Assembly (NCBI RefSeq): GCF_035084215.1 | Contig: NW_027138796.1 | Span: forward strand, 372,001-436,000 | Source of the DNA: Heptranchias perlo | Taxonomy: Eukaryota | Direction: 5' to 3' | DNA length: 64,000 bases | Shown: in pieces, positions 22,603 through 42,335 of the stretch | How positions within the stretch are numbered: the first letter of the stretch is position 1 | Layout of the letters: each line of letters opens with the position of its first letter | The notes under the pieces: model-generated | Databases searched by the model: none | The model's input: only the letters and a program-made list of their open reading frames with translations | Told to the model about the DNA's origin: nothing | Translations under genes and position numbers: made by a program

Positions 22603-25600
22603 TGAGTGCAGCGGGGAAAGAGTGAGGAACTTGAGAGTTTGGTAAGTGTGGGAGTTTGGTGAAATGAGGGAAGGAGGTGCTCCTTTGCTTTGCCTTGCTT
22701 TTCCTAACTTTTTCTGCAGAGCGGCGGCTGACCTGAGCAGCAGCAGACCAAGAGCGGGGATAACTCGGAGCGCAGCAGGAGGTGGGAGCCGACCTACGGG
22801 ACTACAGGAATCGGCATCGGAGCGCAAATAAAGGTTGAGGCTCGAAGGCCTACACTCACTCGGAGCGCAGCAGGAGGCGGGAGTAGACCCAGCTGTCACA
22901 GGAGAGCAGGTAGGTGATTGGCTGCGAAGTGTTACAGCTGCTTTTTTTTCCCCTCTGAGTTATGGAATTGGGTAAAATTAAAGTAAAAGCTGGGAGCTTA
23001 AAAGAAAACTTAAACTAGTTTATTAACGAGAGTAATAAAACTATAAATAACTGGTTTTAAGGCTTGATTTCCTTTAGTTTAGTTAATAATCTAAAAACAG
23101 AGGCATGGCAGAGCAGCTCACACGCGTCGAAGGCACGGCCTGTGCCATGTGGGAACTCCAGGACGCTTCCCGTGTCCTGGAAAACCACATGTGCAGGAAA
23201 TGTTTCAGAGCTTGAGCAACACTGCAGTGCATCCGCGAGGCTGAGAGCTGCATGGATAGCACGTTTCAGGAGGTGATTACCCGCAGCTTAAGAGAGTGAA
23301 GGCAGAGAGGGACCGGCAGACAGCCAAGGAGGACCAGGCAGGTAGATCAGGAGTCTCCTGAGGGAATCTCACTCTCTAACCGGTATACTGATGGGGGAGA
23401 GGGTTCCCTGGGGAGTGCAGCCAGAGCCAAGACCAGAGCACCATGGGTGGCTCAGCTGTACATTGGGGGAGGAGACAGGTTGGGAGAGCAATAGTGAAAG
23501 AGGATTCTATAGTTAGGGGGGCAGACTGGTGTTTCTGCGGCTGCAGGTGTGGTTCCAGGATGGCATGTCGCCTCCCTGGTGCCAGGGTCATGGACGTCAC
23601 TGAGCGGCTGCAGAATATTCTGGGGGGGGGGAGGGTGAACAGCCAGAGGTCGTGGTCCATATCGGGACCAACGGCATAGTTAGATAGAGGGATGAGGTCC
23701 TGCAGGCAGAGTTTAAGGAGTCAGGAACGAGATTAAAAAGCAGCACCTTGAATGTAGTAATCTCCGGATTACTCTCAGTCTCACGCACCGGTGAGAATCG
23801 AAATAGGAGGATACAGCAGGTGACTGCGTGGCTGCAAAGGTAGTGCAAGAGGGAGGGCTTTAGATTCCTGGGGCATTGGGACCGGTTCTGGGGGAGGTGG
23901 GACCTGTACAAGCCGGACAGGTTGCACCTCAACAGGGCCGGGACCAATATCCTTGCGGGGAGGGTTGCTTGTGCTGTCGGAGAGGGTTTAAACTAGCTTG
24001 GCTGGGGGATGGGAACCTGAGTGTGGATTCAGATGGGGTAAAGTTGGAACTGGAAATGGAAGGCAGAAAATTAGTGAGTGAGTCTGGAAGGCAGAGGGAA
24101 CGAAGGTTAGAAAATAAACAGAGGAGTTTTGCAGTCCTTAAATGTATTTACCTCAATGCAAGGAGGAGAGGAAATAAGGCGGATGAGCTGAGGGCACAGA
24201 TAGACACGTGGCAGTATGATATCTTAACTATTACAGAAACATGGCTTAAAGAGGGGCAGGACTGGCAGCTCAATGTCCCTGGTTACAGCGTTTTCAGACA
24301 TGATAGAGAGGGGGATTAAAAAAGGAGGGGTGGCAATTTTGGTTAAGGAAACAGTTAAAGTTATGAGGAGGGATGATATTTTAGAAGGAGCATCAAATGA
24401 GGCCTTATGGGTTGAGCTCAAGAACAAAAAAGGGGCAGTCATACTCTGGGAGTGTACTATAGACCCCCAAACAGTCAGAGGGAGATAGAGGAGCAAATAT
24501 GTGGGCAAATTTCTGAGAAGTGCAAAGACAATAGGGCAGTAATAGTCGGGGATTTCAACTACCCTAATATTAACTGGGATACAAACAGCGTGAATGGTTT
24601 ATAGGGTGCAGAACTCTTAAATTGCATATAGGAGAATTTTTTTAGCCGGTATATGGCAAGCCCAACGAGAGGCAGGGGCAGTTCTGGATTTAGTTCCAGG
24701 AAATGAAGATGGGCAGGTGGAAGAAGTAGCAGTGGGAGAGCACTTTGGTGGTAGTGATCATAATACAGTTAGTTTTAGCATAGTTATGGAAAAGGACAAA
24801 GACAGAGCAGGAGTTAAAGTTTTCAATTGGGGAAGGCCAATTTTACTCAACTGAGAAGTGATTTAGCAGAAGTAAACTGGAAACAGCTACTTAAAGGTAA
24901 ATCCGTGTCAGAGCAATGGGAGACATTCAAAGGGGAGATTCAAGGGGTTCGGGCTAAACATGTTCCAACAAAGAAAAAGGGAGGGGCTGCCAAATCTCGA
25001 GCCCCCTGGATGTCAAGAAGCATTCAGGGTAAGATAAGGCAGAAAAAGCAAACCAATGATAGACACCGGGAACTCAATACTACGAAAAGCTCAGAGGAGT
25101 ATACAAAGGGCAGGGGTGAAGTTAGAAAGGAAATTCGGAAAGCAAAGAGAGGGCATGAAATAATATTAGCAAGTAAAATCCAAAGAAAACCCAAAGATGT
25201 TTTATCAATACATTAAGAGCAAGAGGATAACTAAGGAAAGATTAGGACCTATTAGAGACCATAAAGGTAAACTGTGTGTGGAGGCAGAAGATATGGGTAT
25301 GGTTCTCAATGAATACTTTGCATCTGAGAGAGGGATGATGCAGGGATTGAAGTTAAGGAGGAGGAGTGTGAAATATTGGATGGGATAAACATAGTGAGGG
25401 AGGAAGTATTAATGGGATTGGCATCTTTGAAAGTGGATAAATCACCAGGGCCGGATGAAATGTATCGCAGGCTGTTTAAAGAAGCCAAGGACGCTTTAAC
25501 AATCATTTTCCAAACTTCGCTGGATACAGGCATAGTACCGGAGGATTGGAGGACTGCTAACGTTGTATCGTTGTTTAAAAAGGGAGCGAAGGATAGACCG

Positions 25601-27000
25601 AGTAATTACAGGCCAGTCAGCCTAACCTCGGTGATGGGAAAATTATTCAAATCAATTCTGAGGGACAGGGTAAACTGTCATTTAGAAAGGCACGGACTGA
25701 TCAAGGACAGTCAGCACGGATTTGTTAAGGGGAGGTCATGTCTGACTAACTTGATTGAATTTTTTGAGGAGGTGACAAGGAGGATCGATGAGGGTAGCGT
25801 AATTGATGTAATCTACATGGATTTTATCAATGCTTTTGACAAGGCCCCACATGGCAGATTGGTCACAAAAGTAAAGGCCCATGGGATCCAAGGGAATATG
25901 GCAAGTTGGATCCAAAATTGGCTCAGTGGCAGGAAGTAAAGGATAATGGTCGACGGGTGTTTATGCGACTGGAAGGCTGTTTCCAGTGGGGTGCTGCAGG
26001 GCTCAGTACTAGGTCCTTTGCTTTTTGTGGCATACATTAACGATTTGGACTTAAATGTAGGGGCATGATTAAAAAATTTGCGGATGACACAAAGATAGGC
26101 CACTTGGTTGATAGTGAGGAGGAAAGCTGTAGACTGCAGGAAAATATCAATGGACTGGTCAGATGGGCAAAAAAGTGGCAAATGGAGTTCAATCCGGAGA
26201 AGTGTGGGGTAATGCATTTGTGGAGAGCAAACAAGGCAAGGGAATACACAATAAATGGGAGGATACTGAGAGGTGTAGAGGGAGTGAGGGACCTTGGAGT
26301 GCATGTCCACAGATCCCTGAAGGTAGCAGGACAGGCAGATAAGATGGTTAAAAAGGCATATGGGATACATTCCTTTATTAGCCGAGGCATAGAATATAAA
26401 AGCAGGGATGTTATGCTGGAACTGCATAAAACGCGAGTTAGGCCACAGCTTGAGTACTGCGTACAGTTCTGGTCACCACATTACAGGAAGGATGTGATTG
26501 CACTGGAGAGGGTGCAGAGGAGATTTACGAGGATGTTGCCAGGACTGGAGAATTTTAGCTATGAGGAAAGATTGGATAGGCTGGGGTTGTTTTCCTTGAA
26601 ACAGAGGAGGCTGAGGGGAGATTTAATTGAGGTGTATAAAATTATGAGGGGCTGAGATAGAGTGGATAGGAAGGACCTATTTCCCTTAGCAGAGGAGTCA
26701 GTAACCAGGGGGCATAGATTTAAAGTGATTGGTAGAAGGATTAGAGGGGAGCTGAGGAGAAATGTTTTCCCCCAGAGGGTGGTGGGTGTCTGGAACTCAC
26801 TGCCTGAGAGGGTGGGAGAGGCAGAAACCCTCAACTCATTTAATAAATACCTGGATGTGAACCTGAAGAGCCGTGACCTGCAGGGCTACGGACCAAATGC
26901 GGGAAAGAGGGATTGGGCTGGATAGCTCGTTCCTCAGCCGGTGCGGACATGATGGGCCGAATGGCCTCCTTCTGTGCTGTAACTTTTCTATGATTTTATG
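22603..27000 (+). mobile_element. Near full-length degenerate CR1 LINE (5'UTR, esterase ORF1, APE-RT ORF2)
   Basis: Fragmented ORF1 (EDSIVRG..LPGARV) and ORF2 (YLNAR, TETW, KSPGPD, FADD) with many stops and frameshifts; TATGA-type tail. Confidence 0.92.
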
Positions 27001-27798
27001 ACCCCCATCAATCAAACTCCTTCAATCAGACCCCACTTCTCTCAGTCCCCATCAATCAGACCCCCAACAATCAGACCCCATCAATCAGACCCCATCGATC
27101 AGACCTTCATCAATCAGACCCCCATCAATCAGACGCCCATCGATCGGACCCCCATCGATTAGATCCCCATCAGTCAGACCCCCATCAATCAGACCCCCAA
27201 CAATCAGACCCCCATCGATCAGACCCCCATCAATCAGACCCCCATCAATCAGACCTTCATCAATCAGACCCCCGTCCATCAGACCCCCATCGATTAGAGC
27301 CCCATCACTCAGACCCCATCACTCAGACCCCATCAATCAGATTCCAGTCAATCAGATTCCCATCTATCAGACCCCATTAATCAGACCCCATCGATCAGAC
27401 CCCCATCGGTCAGACCCCATCAATCTCACCCCATCAATCAGGCCCCAACCAACCTGACCCCATCAGTCAGACCCCATCTATCTGACTCCAATCGATCAGA
27501 CCCCATCCATTCTGGGTTCAGTGATCCTCTTCTAACTTCTAACGTCTTCTTTTACACGTGTTTCTCAATCCCTTGTCGTGTATTTGTGGCTTTTAAATTG
27601 ACACAATTTCAAAATCATTCAAAAATATTTATTTTCTCAAATATAATCTGTAACAACAATGTGAATTAAAGTCAAACCCCTTTTACTTTCTAAATAAATG
27701 CCATTTTGTAACATAAATGTGAAATTAAGTTAAACTTTTTACATTCTAAATTAATAAGTCATTTTGTAAACACTTTTTACTTTTTAAATGAATAAATC

Positions 27799-34849
<7,051 letters not shown>

Positions 34850-34904
34850 AATCTCCTCCTATTCTCGCAGCTCTTGAGAATGTGCCTCGTGCTGCCGCTC
34901 CCGC

Positions 34905-35023
34905 TATTTATACCCCGCCCGATAGAACCCTCCTATTCAGCAAATCGGGCTCTGATTGGTCTGTGAGAACAATGGCCTATTGTTGCTTTGTTAAACGTAG
35001 CGACGTTGCTCAGTGCTGATTGG
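34905..35023 (-). promoter_or_regulatory. Core promoter of tubulin copy 3
   Basis: Same TATA/GC/2xCCAAT arrangement. Confidence 0.8.
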
Positions 35024-35107
35024 TTCATTGTGTAAAAGGCGGAACCAAGAATTCGCAACATTCTTTTATGGGAGGAGCGCCAGGGAACAAGAGAATTCCC
35101 CTTACCC

Positions 35108-36232
35108 CCAGACCCCATCAATCAGACCCCCAACCCCCAGACCCCATCAATCAGACCCCCAACCCCCAGACCCCATCAATCAGACCCCCAAACCCCAGAC
35201 CCCATCAATCAGACCCCCAACCCCCAGACCCCATCAATCAGACCCCCAACCCCCAGACCCCATCAATCAGACCCCCAACCCCCAGACCCCATCAATCAGA
35301 CCCCCAACCCCCAGACCCCATCAATCAGACCCCCAACCCCCAGACCCCATCAATCGGACCCGCAACCCCCAGACCCCATCAATCGGACCCCCAACCCCCA
35401 GACCCCATCAATCAGACCCCCAACCCCCAGACCCCATCAATCAGATCCCCAACCCCCAGACCCCATCAATCAGACCCCCAACCCCCAGACCCCATCAATC
35501 AGACCCCCAACCCCCAGACCCCATCAATCAGACCCCCAACCCCCAGACCCCATCAATCAGACCCCCAACCCCCAGACCCCATCAATCAGACCCCCAACCC
35601 CCAGACCCCATCAATCAGACCCCCAACCCCCAGACCCCATCAATCGGACCCCCAACCCCCAGACCCCATCAATCAGACCCCCAACCCCCAGACCCCATCA
35701 ATCAGACCCCCAACCCCCAGACCCCATCAATCAGATCCCCAACCCCCAGACCCCATCAATCAGACCCCCAACCCCCAGACCCCATCAATCAGACCCCCAA
35801 CCCCCAGACCCCATCAATCAGACCCCCAACCCCCAGACCCCATCAATCAGACACCCAACCCCCAGACCCCATCAATCAGACCCCCAACCCCCACACCCCC
35901 AACCCTCAGACCCCTAACCCCCAGACCCCATCAATCAGACCCCCAACCCCCAGACCCCATCAATCAGACCCCCAACCCCCAGACCCCATCAATCAGACCC
36001 CCAACCCCCAGACCCCATCAATCGGACCCCCAACCCCCAGACCCCATCAATCAGACCCCCAACCCCCAGACCCCATCAATCAGACCCCCAACCCCCAGAC
36101 CCCATCAATCAGACCCCCAACCCCCAGACCCCATCAATCAGACCCCCAACCCCCACACCCCCAACCCTCAGACCCCTAACCCCCAGACCCCATCAATCAG
36201 ACCCCCAACCCTCAGACCCCATCAATCAGACA
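35108..36232. repeat. 29-bp minisatellite upstream of copy 3
   Basis: 261 bp (9 units) longer than in copy 2. Confidence 0.95.
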
Positions 36233-36987
36233 CCCAGCACGAGGGAAAAACTTTCTTGACCTCGTCCTCACCAATCACCCTGTCGCAGATGCATCTGTTC
36301 ATGACAGTATTGGTAGGAGTGACCACCGCACAGTCCTCGTGGAGACGAAGTACCGTCTTCACACTGAGGACACCATCCAACGTGTTGTGTGGCACTATCA
36401 CCGTGCTAAATGGGATAGATTCAGAACAGCTCTAGCAGCTCAAAACTGGGCATCCATGAGGCGCTGTGGACCATCAGCAGCAGCAGAATTGTATTCCAGC
36501 ACAATCTGTAACCTCATGGCCCGGCATATTCCTCACTCTACCATTACCAACAAGCCAGGGGATCAACCCTGGTTCAATGAGGAGTGCGGAAGAGCATGCC
36601 AGGAGCAGCACCAGGCGTACCTAAAAATGAGGTGCCAACCTGGTGAAGCTGCATCTCAGGACTATATGCATGCTGAAGAGTTGAAGCAACCTGCTATAGA
36701 CAGGGCTAAGCGATTCACAACCAACGGATCAGATCAAAGCTCTGCAGTCCTGCCACATCCAGTCGTGAATGGTGGTGGACAGTTAAACAGTAACGGGAGG
36801 AGGAGGCTCTGTAAACATCCCCATCCTCAATGATGGCAGAATCCAGCGCGTGAGTGCAAAAGAGAAGGCTGAAGCGTTTGCAACCATCTTCAGCCAGCAG
36901 TGCCGAGTAGATGATCCATCTCGGCCTCCTCCCGATATCGCCACCATCACAGAAGCCAGTCTTCAGCCAATTCGATTCACTCCACGT
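36233..36987 (+). mobile_element. LINE ORF2 fragment, duplicate
   Basis: Paralogue of 21696-22450. Confidence 0.7.
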
Positions 36988-37139
36988 CAATCTGACCCCT
37001 TAAATCAGATTGCCGTCAGTCAGACCCCCATCAATCAGACGCTATCAATCAGACTCTCATCAATCCGTCCCCCATCAATCTGACCACTATCATCAGACTC
37101 CCTCAATCATACCCATCAATCTGACCCCATCAATCAGAC

Positions 37140-40100
37140 TGAGTGCAGCGGGGAAAGAGTGAGGAACTTGAGAGTTTGGTAAGTGTGGGAGTTTGGTGAA
37201 ATGAGGGAAGGAGGTGCTCCTTTGCTTTGCCTTGCTTTTCCTAACTTTTTCTGCAGAGCGGCGGCTGACCTGAGCAGCAGCAGACCAAGAGCGGGGATAA
37301 CTCGGAGCGCAGCAGGAGGTGGGAGCCGACCTACGGGACTACAGGAATCGGCATCGGAGCGCAAATAAAGGTTGAGGCTCGAAGGCCTACACTCACTCGG
37401 AGCGCAGCAGGAGGCGGGAGTAGACCCAGCTGTCACAGGAGAGCAGGTAGGTGATTGGCTGCGAAGTGTTACAGCTGCTTTTTTTTCCCCTCTGAGTTAT
37501 GGAATTGGGTAAAATTAAAGTAAAAGCTGGGAGCTTAAAAGAAAACTTAAACTAGTTTATTAACGAGAGTAATAAAACTATAAATAACTGGTTTTAAGGC
37601 TTGATTTCCTTTAGTTTAGTTAATAATCTAAAAACAGAGGCATGGCAGAGCAGCTCACACGCGTCGAAGGCACGGCCTGTGCCATGTGGGAACTCCAGGA
37701 CGCTTCCCGTGTCCTGGAAAACCACATGTGCAGGAAATGTTTCAGAGCTTGAGCAACACTGCAGTGCATCCGCGAGGCTGAGAGCTGCATGGATAGCACG
37801 TTTCAGGAGGTGATTACCCGCAGCTTAAGAGAGTGAAGGCAGAGAGGGACCGGCAGACAGCCAAGGAGGACCAGGCAGGTAGATCAGGAGTCTCCTGAGG
37901 GAATCTCACTCTCTAACCGGTATACTGATGGGGGAGAGGGTTCCCTGGGGAGTGCAGCCAGAGCCAAGACCAGAGCACCATGGGTGGCTCAGCTGTACAT
38001 TGGGGGAGGAGACAGGTTGGGAGAGCAATAGTGAAAGAGGATTCTATAGTTAGGGGGGCAGACTGGTGTTTCTGCGGCTGCAGGTGTGGTTCCAGGATGG
38101 CATGTCGCCTCCCTGGTGCCAGGGTCATGGACGTCACTGAGCGGCTGCAGAATATTCTGGGGGGGGGGAGGGTGAACAGCCAGAGGTCGTGGTCCATATC
38201 GGGACCAACGGCATAGTTAGATAGAGGGATGAGGTCCTGCAGGCAGAGTTTAAGGAGTCAGGAACGAGATTAAAAAGCAGCACCTTGAATGTAGTAATCT
38301 CCGGATTACTCTCAGTCTCACGCACCGGTGAGAATCGAAATAGGAGGATACAGCAGGTGACTGCGTGGCTGCAAAGGTAGTGCAAGAGGGAGGGCTTTAG
38401 ATTCCTGGGGCATTGGGACCGGTTCTGGGGGAGGTGGGACCTGTACAAGCCGGACAGGTTGCACCTCAACAGGGCCGGGACCAATATCCTTGCGGGGAGG
38501 GTTGCTTGTGCTGTCGGAGAGGGTTTAAACTAGCTTGGCTGGGGGATGGGAACCTGAGTGTGGATTCAGATGGGGTAAAGTTGGAACTGGAAATGGAAGG
38601 CAGAAAATTAGTGAGTGAGTCTGGAAGGCAGAGGGAACGAAGGTTAGAAAATAAACAGAGGAGTTTTGCAGTCCTTAAATGTATTTACCTCAATGCAAGG
38701 AGGAGAGGAAATAAGGCGGATGAGCTGAGGGCACAGATAGACACGTGGCAGTATGATATCTTAACTATTACAGAAACATGGCTTAAAGAGGGGCAGGACT
38801 GGCAGCTCAATGTCCCTGGTTACAGCGTTTTCAGACATGATAGAGAGGGGGATTAAAAAAGGAGGGGTGGCAATTTTGGTTAAGGAAACAGTTAAAGTTA
38901 TGAGGAGGGATGATATTTTAGAAGGAGCATCAAATGAGGCCTTATGGGTTGAGCTCAAGAACAAAAAAGGGGCAGTCATACTCTGGGAGTGTACTATAGA
39001 CCCCCAAACAGTCAGAGGGAGATAGAGGAGCAAATATGTGGGCAAATTTCTGAGAAGTGCAAAGACAATAGGGCAGTAATAGTCGGGGATTTCAACTACC
39101 CTAATATTAACTGGGATACAAACAGCGTGAATGGTTTATAGGGTGCAGAACTCTTAAATTGCATATAGGAGAATTTTTTTAGCCGGTATATGGCAAGCCC
39201 AACGAGAGGCAGGGGCAGTTCTGGATTTAGTTCCAGGAAATGAAGATGGGCAGGTGGAAGAAGTAGCAGTGGGAGAGCACTTTGGTGGTAGTGATCATAA
39301 TACAGTTAGTTTTAGCATAGTTATGGAAAAGGACAAAGACAGAGCAGGAGTTAAAGTTTTCAATTGGGGAAGGCCAATTTTACTCAACTGAGAAGTGATT
39401 TAGCAGAAGTAAACTGGAAACAGCTACTTAAAGGTAAATCCGTGTCAGAGCAATGGGAGACATTCAAAGGGGAGATTCAAGGGGTTCGGGCTAAACATGT
39501 TCCAACAAAGAAAAAGGGAGGGGCTGCCAAATCTCGAGCCCCCTGGATGTCAAGAAGCATTCAGGGTAAGATAAGGCAGAAAAAGCAAACCAATGATAGA
39601 CACCGGGAACTCAATACTACGAAAAGCTCAGAGGAGTATACAAAGGGCAGGGGTGAAGTTAGAAAGGAAATTCGGAAAGCAAAGAGAGGGCATGAAATAA
39701 TATTAGCAAGTAAAATCCAAAGAAAACCCAAAGATGTTTTATCAATACATTAAGAGCAAGAGGATAACTAAGGAAAGATTAGGACCTATTAGAGACCATA
39801 AAGGTAAACTGTGTGTGGAGGCAGAAGATATGGGTATGGTTCTCAATGAATACTTTGCATCTGAGAGAGGGATGATGCAGGGATTGAAGTTAAGGAGGAG
39901 GAGTGTGAAATATTGGATGGGATAAACATAGTGAGGGAGGAAGTATTAATGGGATTGGCATCTTTGAAAGTGGATAAATCACCAGGGCCGGATGAAATGT
40001 ATCGCAGGCTGTTTAAAGAAGCCAAGGACGCTTTAACAATCATTTTCCAAACTTCGCTGGATACAGGCATAGTACCGGAGGATTGGAGGACTGCTAACGT

Positions 40101-41537
40101 TGTATCGTTGTTTAAAAAGGGAGCGAAGGATAGACCGAGTAATTACAGGCCAGTCAGCCTAACCTCGGTGATGGGAAAATTATTCAAATCAATTCTGAGG
40201 GACAGGGTAAACTGTCATTTAGAAAGGCACGGACTGATCAAGGACAGTCAGCACGGATTTGTTAAGGGGAGGTCATGTCTGACTAACTTGATTGAATTTT
40301 TTGAGGAGGTGACAAGGAGGATCGATGAGGGTAGCGTAATTGATGTAATCTACATGGATTTTATCAATGCTTTTGACAAGGCCCCACATGGCAGATTGGT
40401 CACAAAAGTAAAGGCCCATGGGATCCAAGGGAATATGGCAAGTTGGATCCAAAATTGGCTCAGTGGCAGGAAGTAAAGGATAATGGTCGACGGGTGTTTA
40501 TGCGACTGGAAGGCTGTTTCCAGTGGGGTGCTGCAGGGCTCAGTACTAGGTCCTTTGCTTTTTGTGGCATACATTAACGATTTGGACTTAAATGTAGGGG
40601 CATGATTAAAAAATTTGCGGATGACACAAAGATAGGCCACTTGGTTGATAGTGAGGAGGAAAGCTGTAGACTGCAGGAAAATATCAATGGACTGGTCAGA
40701 TGGGCAAAAAAGTGGCAAATGGAGTTCAATCCGGAGAAGTGTGGGGTAATGCATTTGTGGAGAGCAAACAAGGCAAGGGAATACACAATAAATGGGAGGA
40801 TACTGAGAGGTGTAGAGGGAGTGAGGAACCTTGGAGTGCATGTCCACAGATCCCTGAAGGTAGCAGGACAGGCAGATAAGATGGTTAAAAAGGCATATGG
40901 GATACATTCCTTTATTAGCCGAGGCATAGAATATAAAAGCAGGGATGTTATGCTGGAACTGCATAAAACGCGAGTTAGGCCACAGCTTGAGTACTGCGTA
41001 CAGTTCTGGTCACCACATTACAGGAAGGATGTGATTGCACTGGAGAGGGTGCAGAGGAGATTTACGAGGATGTTGCCAGGACTGGAGAATTTTAGCTATG
41101 AGGAAAGATTGGATAGGCTGGGGTTGTTTTCCTTGAAACAGAGGAGGCTGAGGGGAGATTTAATTGAGGTGTATAAAATTATGAGGGGCTGAGATAGAGT
41201 GGATAGGAAGGACCTATTTCCCTTAGCAGAGGAGTCAGTAACCAGGGGGCATAGATTTAAAGTGATTGGTAGAAGGATTAGAGGGGAGCTGAGGAGAAAT
41301 GTTTTCCCCCAGAGGGTGGTGGGTGTCTGGAACTCACTGCCTGAGAGGGTGGGAGAGGCAGAAACCCTCAACTCATTTAATAAATACCTGGATGTGAACC
41401 TGAAGAGCCGTGACCTGCAGGGCTACGGACCAAATGCGGGAAAGAGGGATTGGGCTGGATAGCTCGTTCCTCAGCCGGTGCGGACATGATGGGCCGAATG
41501 GCCTCCTTCTGTGCTGTAACTTTTCTATGATTTTATG
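37140..41537 (+). mobile_element. Degenerate CR1 LINE, duplicate
   Basis: Paralogue of 22603-27000 with the same disruptions. Confidence 0.92.
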
Positions 41538-42335
41538 ACCCCCATCAATCAAACTCCTTCAATCAGACCCCACTTCTCTCAGTCCCCATCAATCAGACCC
41601 CCAACAATCAGACCCCATCAATCAGACCCCATCGATCAGACCTTCATCAATCAGACCCCCATCAATCAGACGCCCATCGATCGGACCCCCATCGATTAGA
41701 TCCCCATCAGTCAGACCCCCATCAATCAGACCCCCAACAATCAGACCCCCATCGATCAGACCCCCATCAATCAGACCCCCATCAATCAGACCTTCATCAA
41801 TCAGACCCCCGTCCATCAGACCCCCATCGATTAGAGCCCCATCACTCAGACCCCATCACTCAGACCCCATCAATCAGATTCCAGTCAATCAGATTCCCAT
41901 CTATCAGACCCCATTAATCAGACCCCATCGATCAGACCCCCATCGGTCAGACCCCATCAATCTCACCCCATCAATCAGGCCCCAACCAACCTGACCCCAT
42001 CAGTCAGACCCCATCTATCTGACTCCAATCGATCAGACCCCATCCATTCTGGGTTCAGTGATCCTCTTCTAACTTCTAACGTCTTCTTTTACACGTGTTT
42101 CTCAATCCCTTGTCGTGTATTTGTGGCTTTTAAATTGACACAATTTCAAAATCATTCAAAAATATTTATTTTCTCAAATATAATCTGTAACAACAATGTG
42201 AATTAAAGTCAAACCCCTTTTACTTTCTAAATAAATGCCATTTTGTAACATAAATGTGAAATTAAGTTAAACTTTTTACATTCTAAATTAATAAGTCATT
42301 TTGTAAACACTTTTTACTTTTTAAATGAATAAATC

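Noticed and set aside
25813-26427. Antisense ORFs over CR1 ORF2 (repeated in each copy)
   Set aside because: Shadow frames of the reverse transcriptase region with no independent features.
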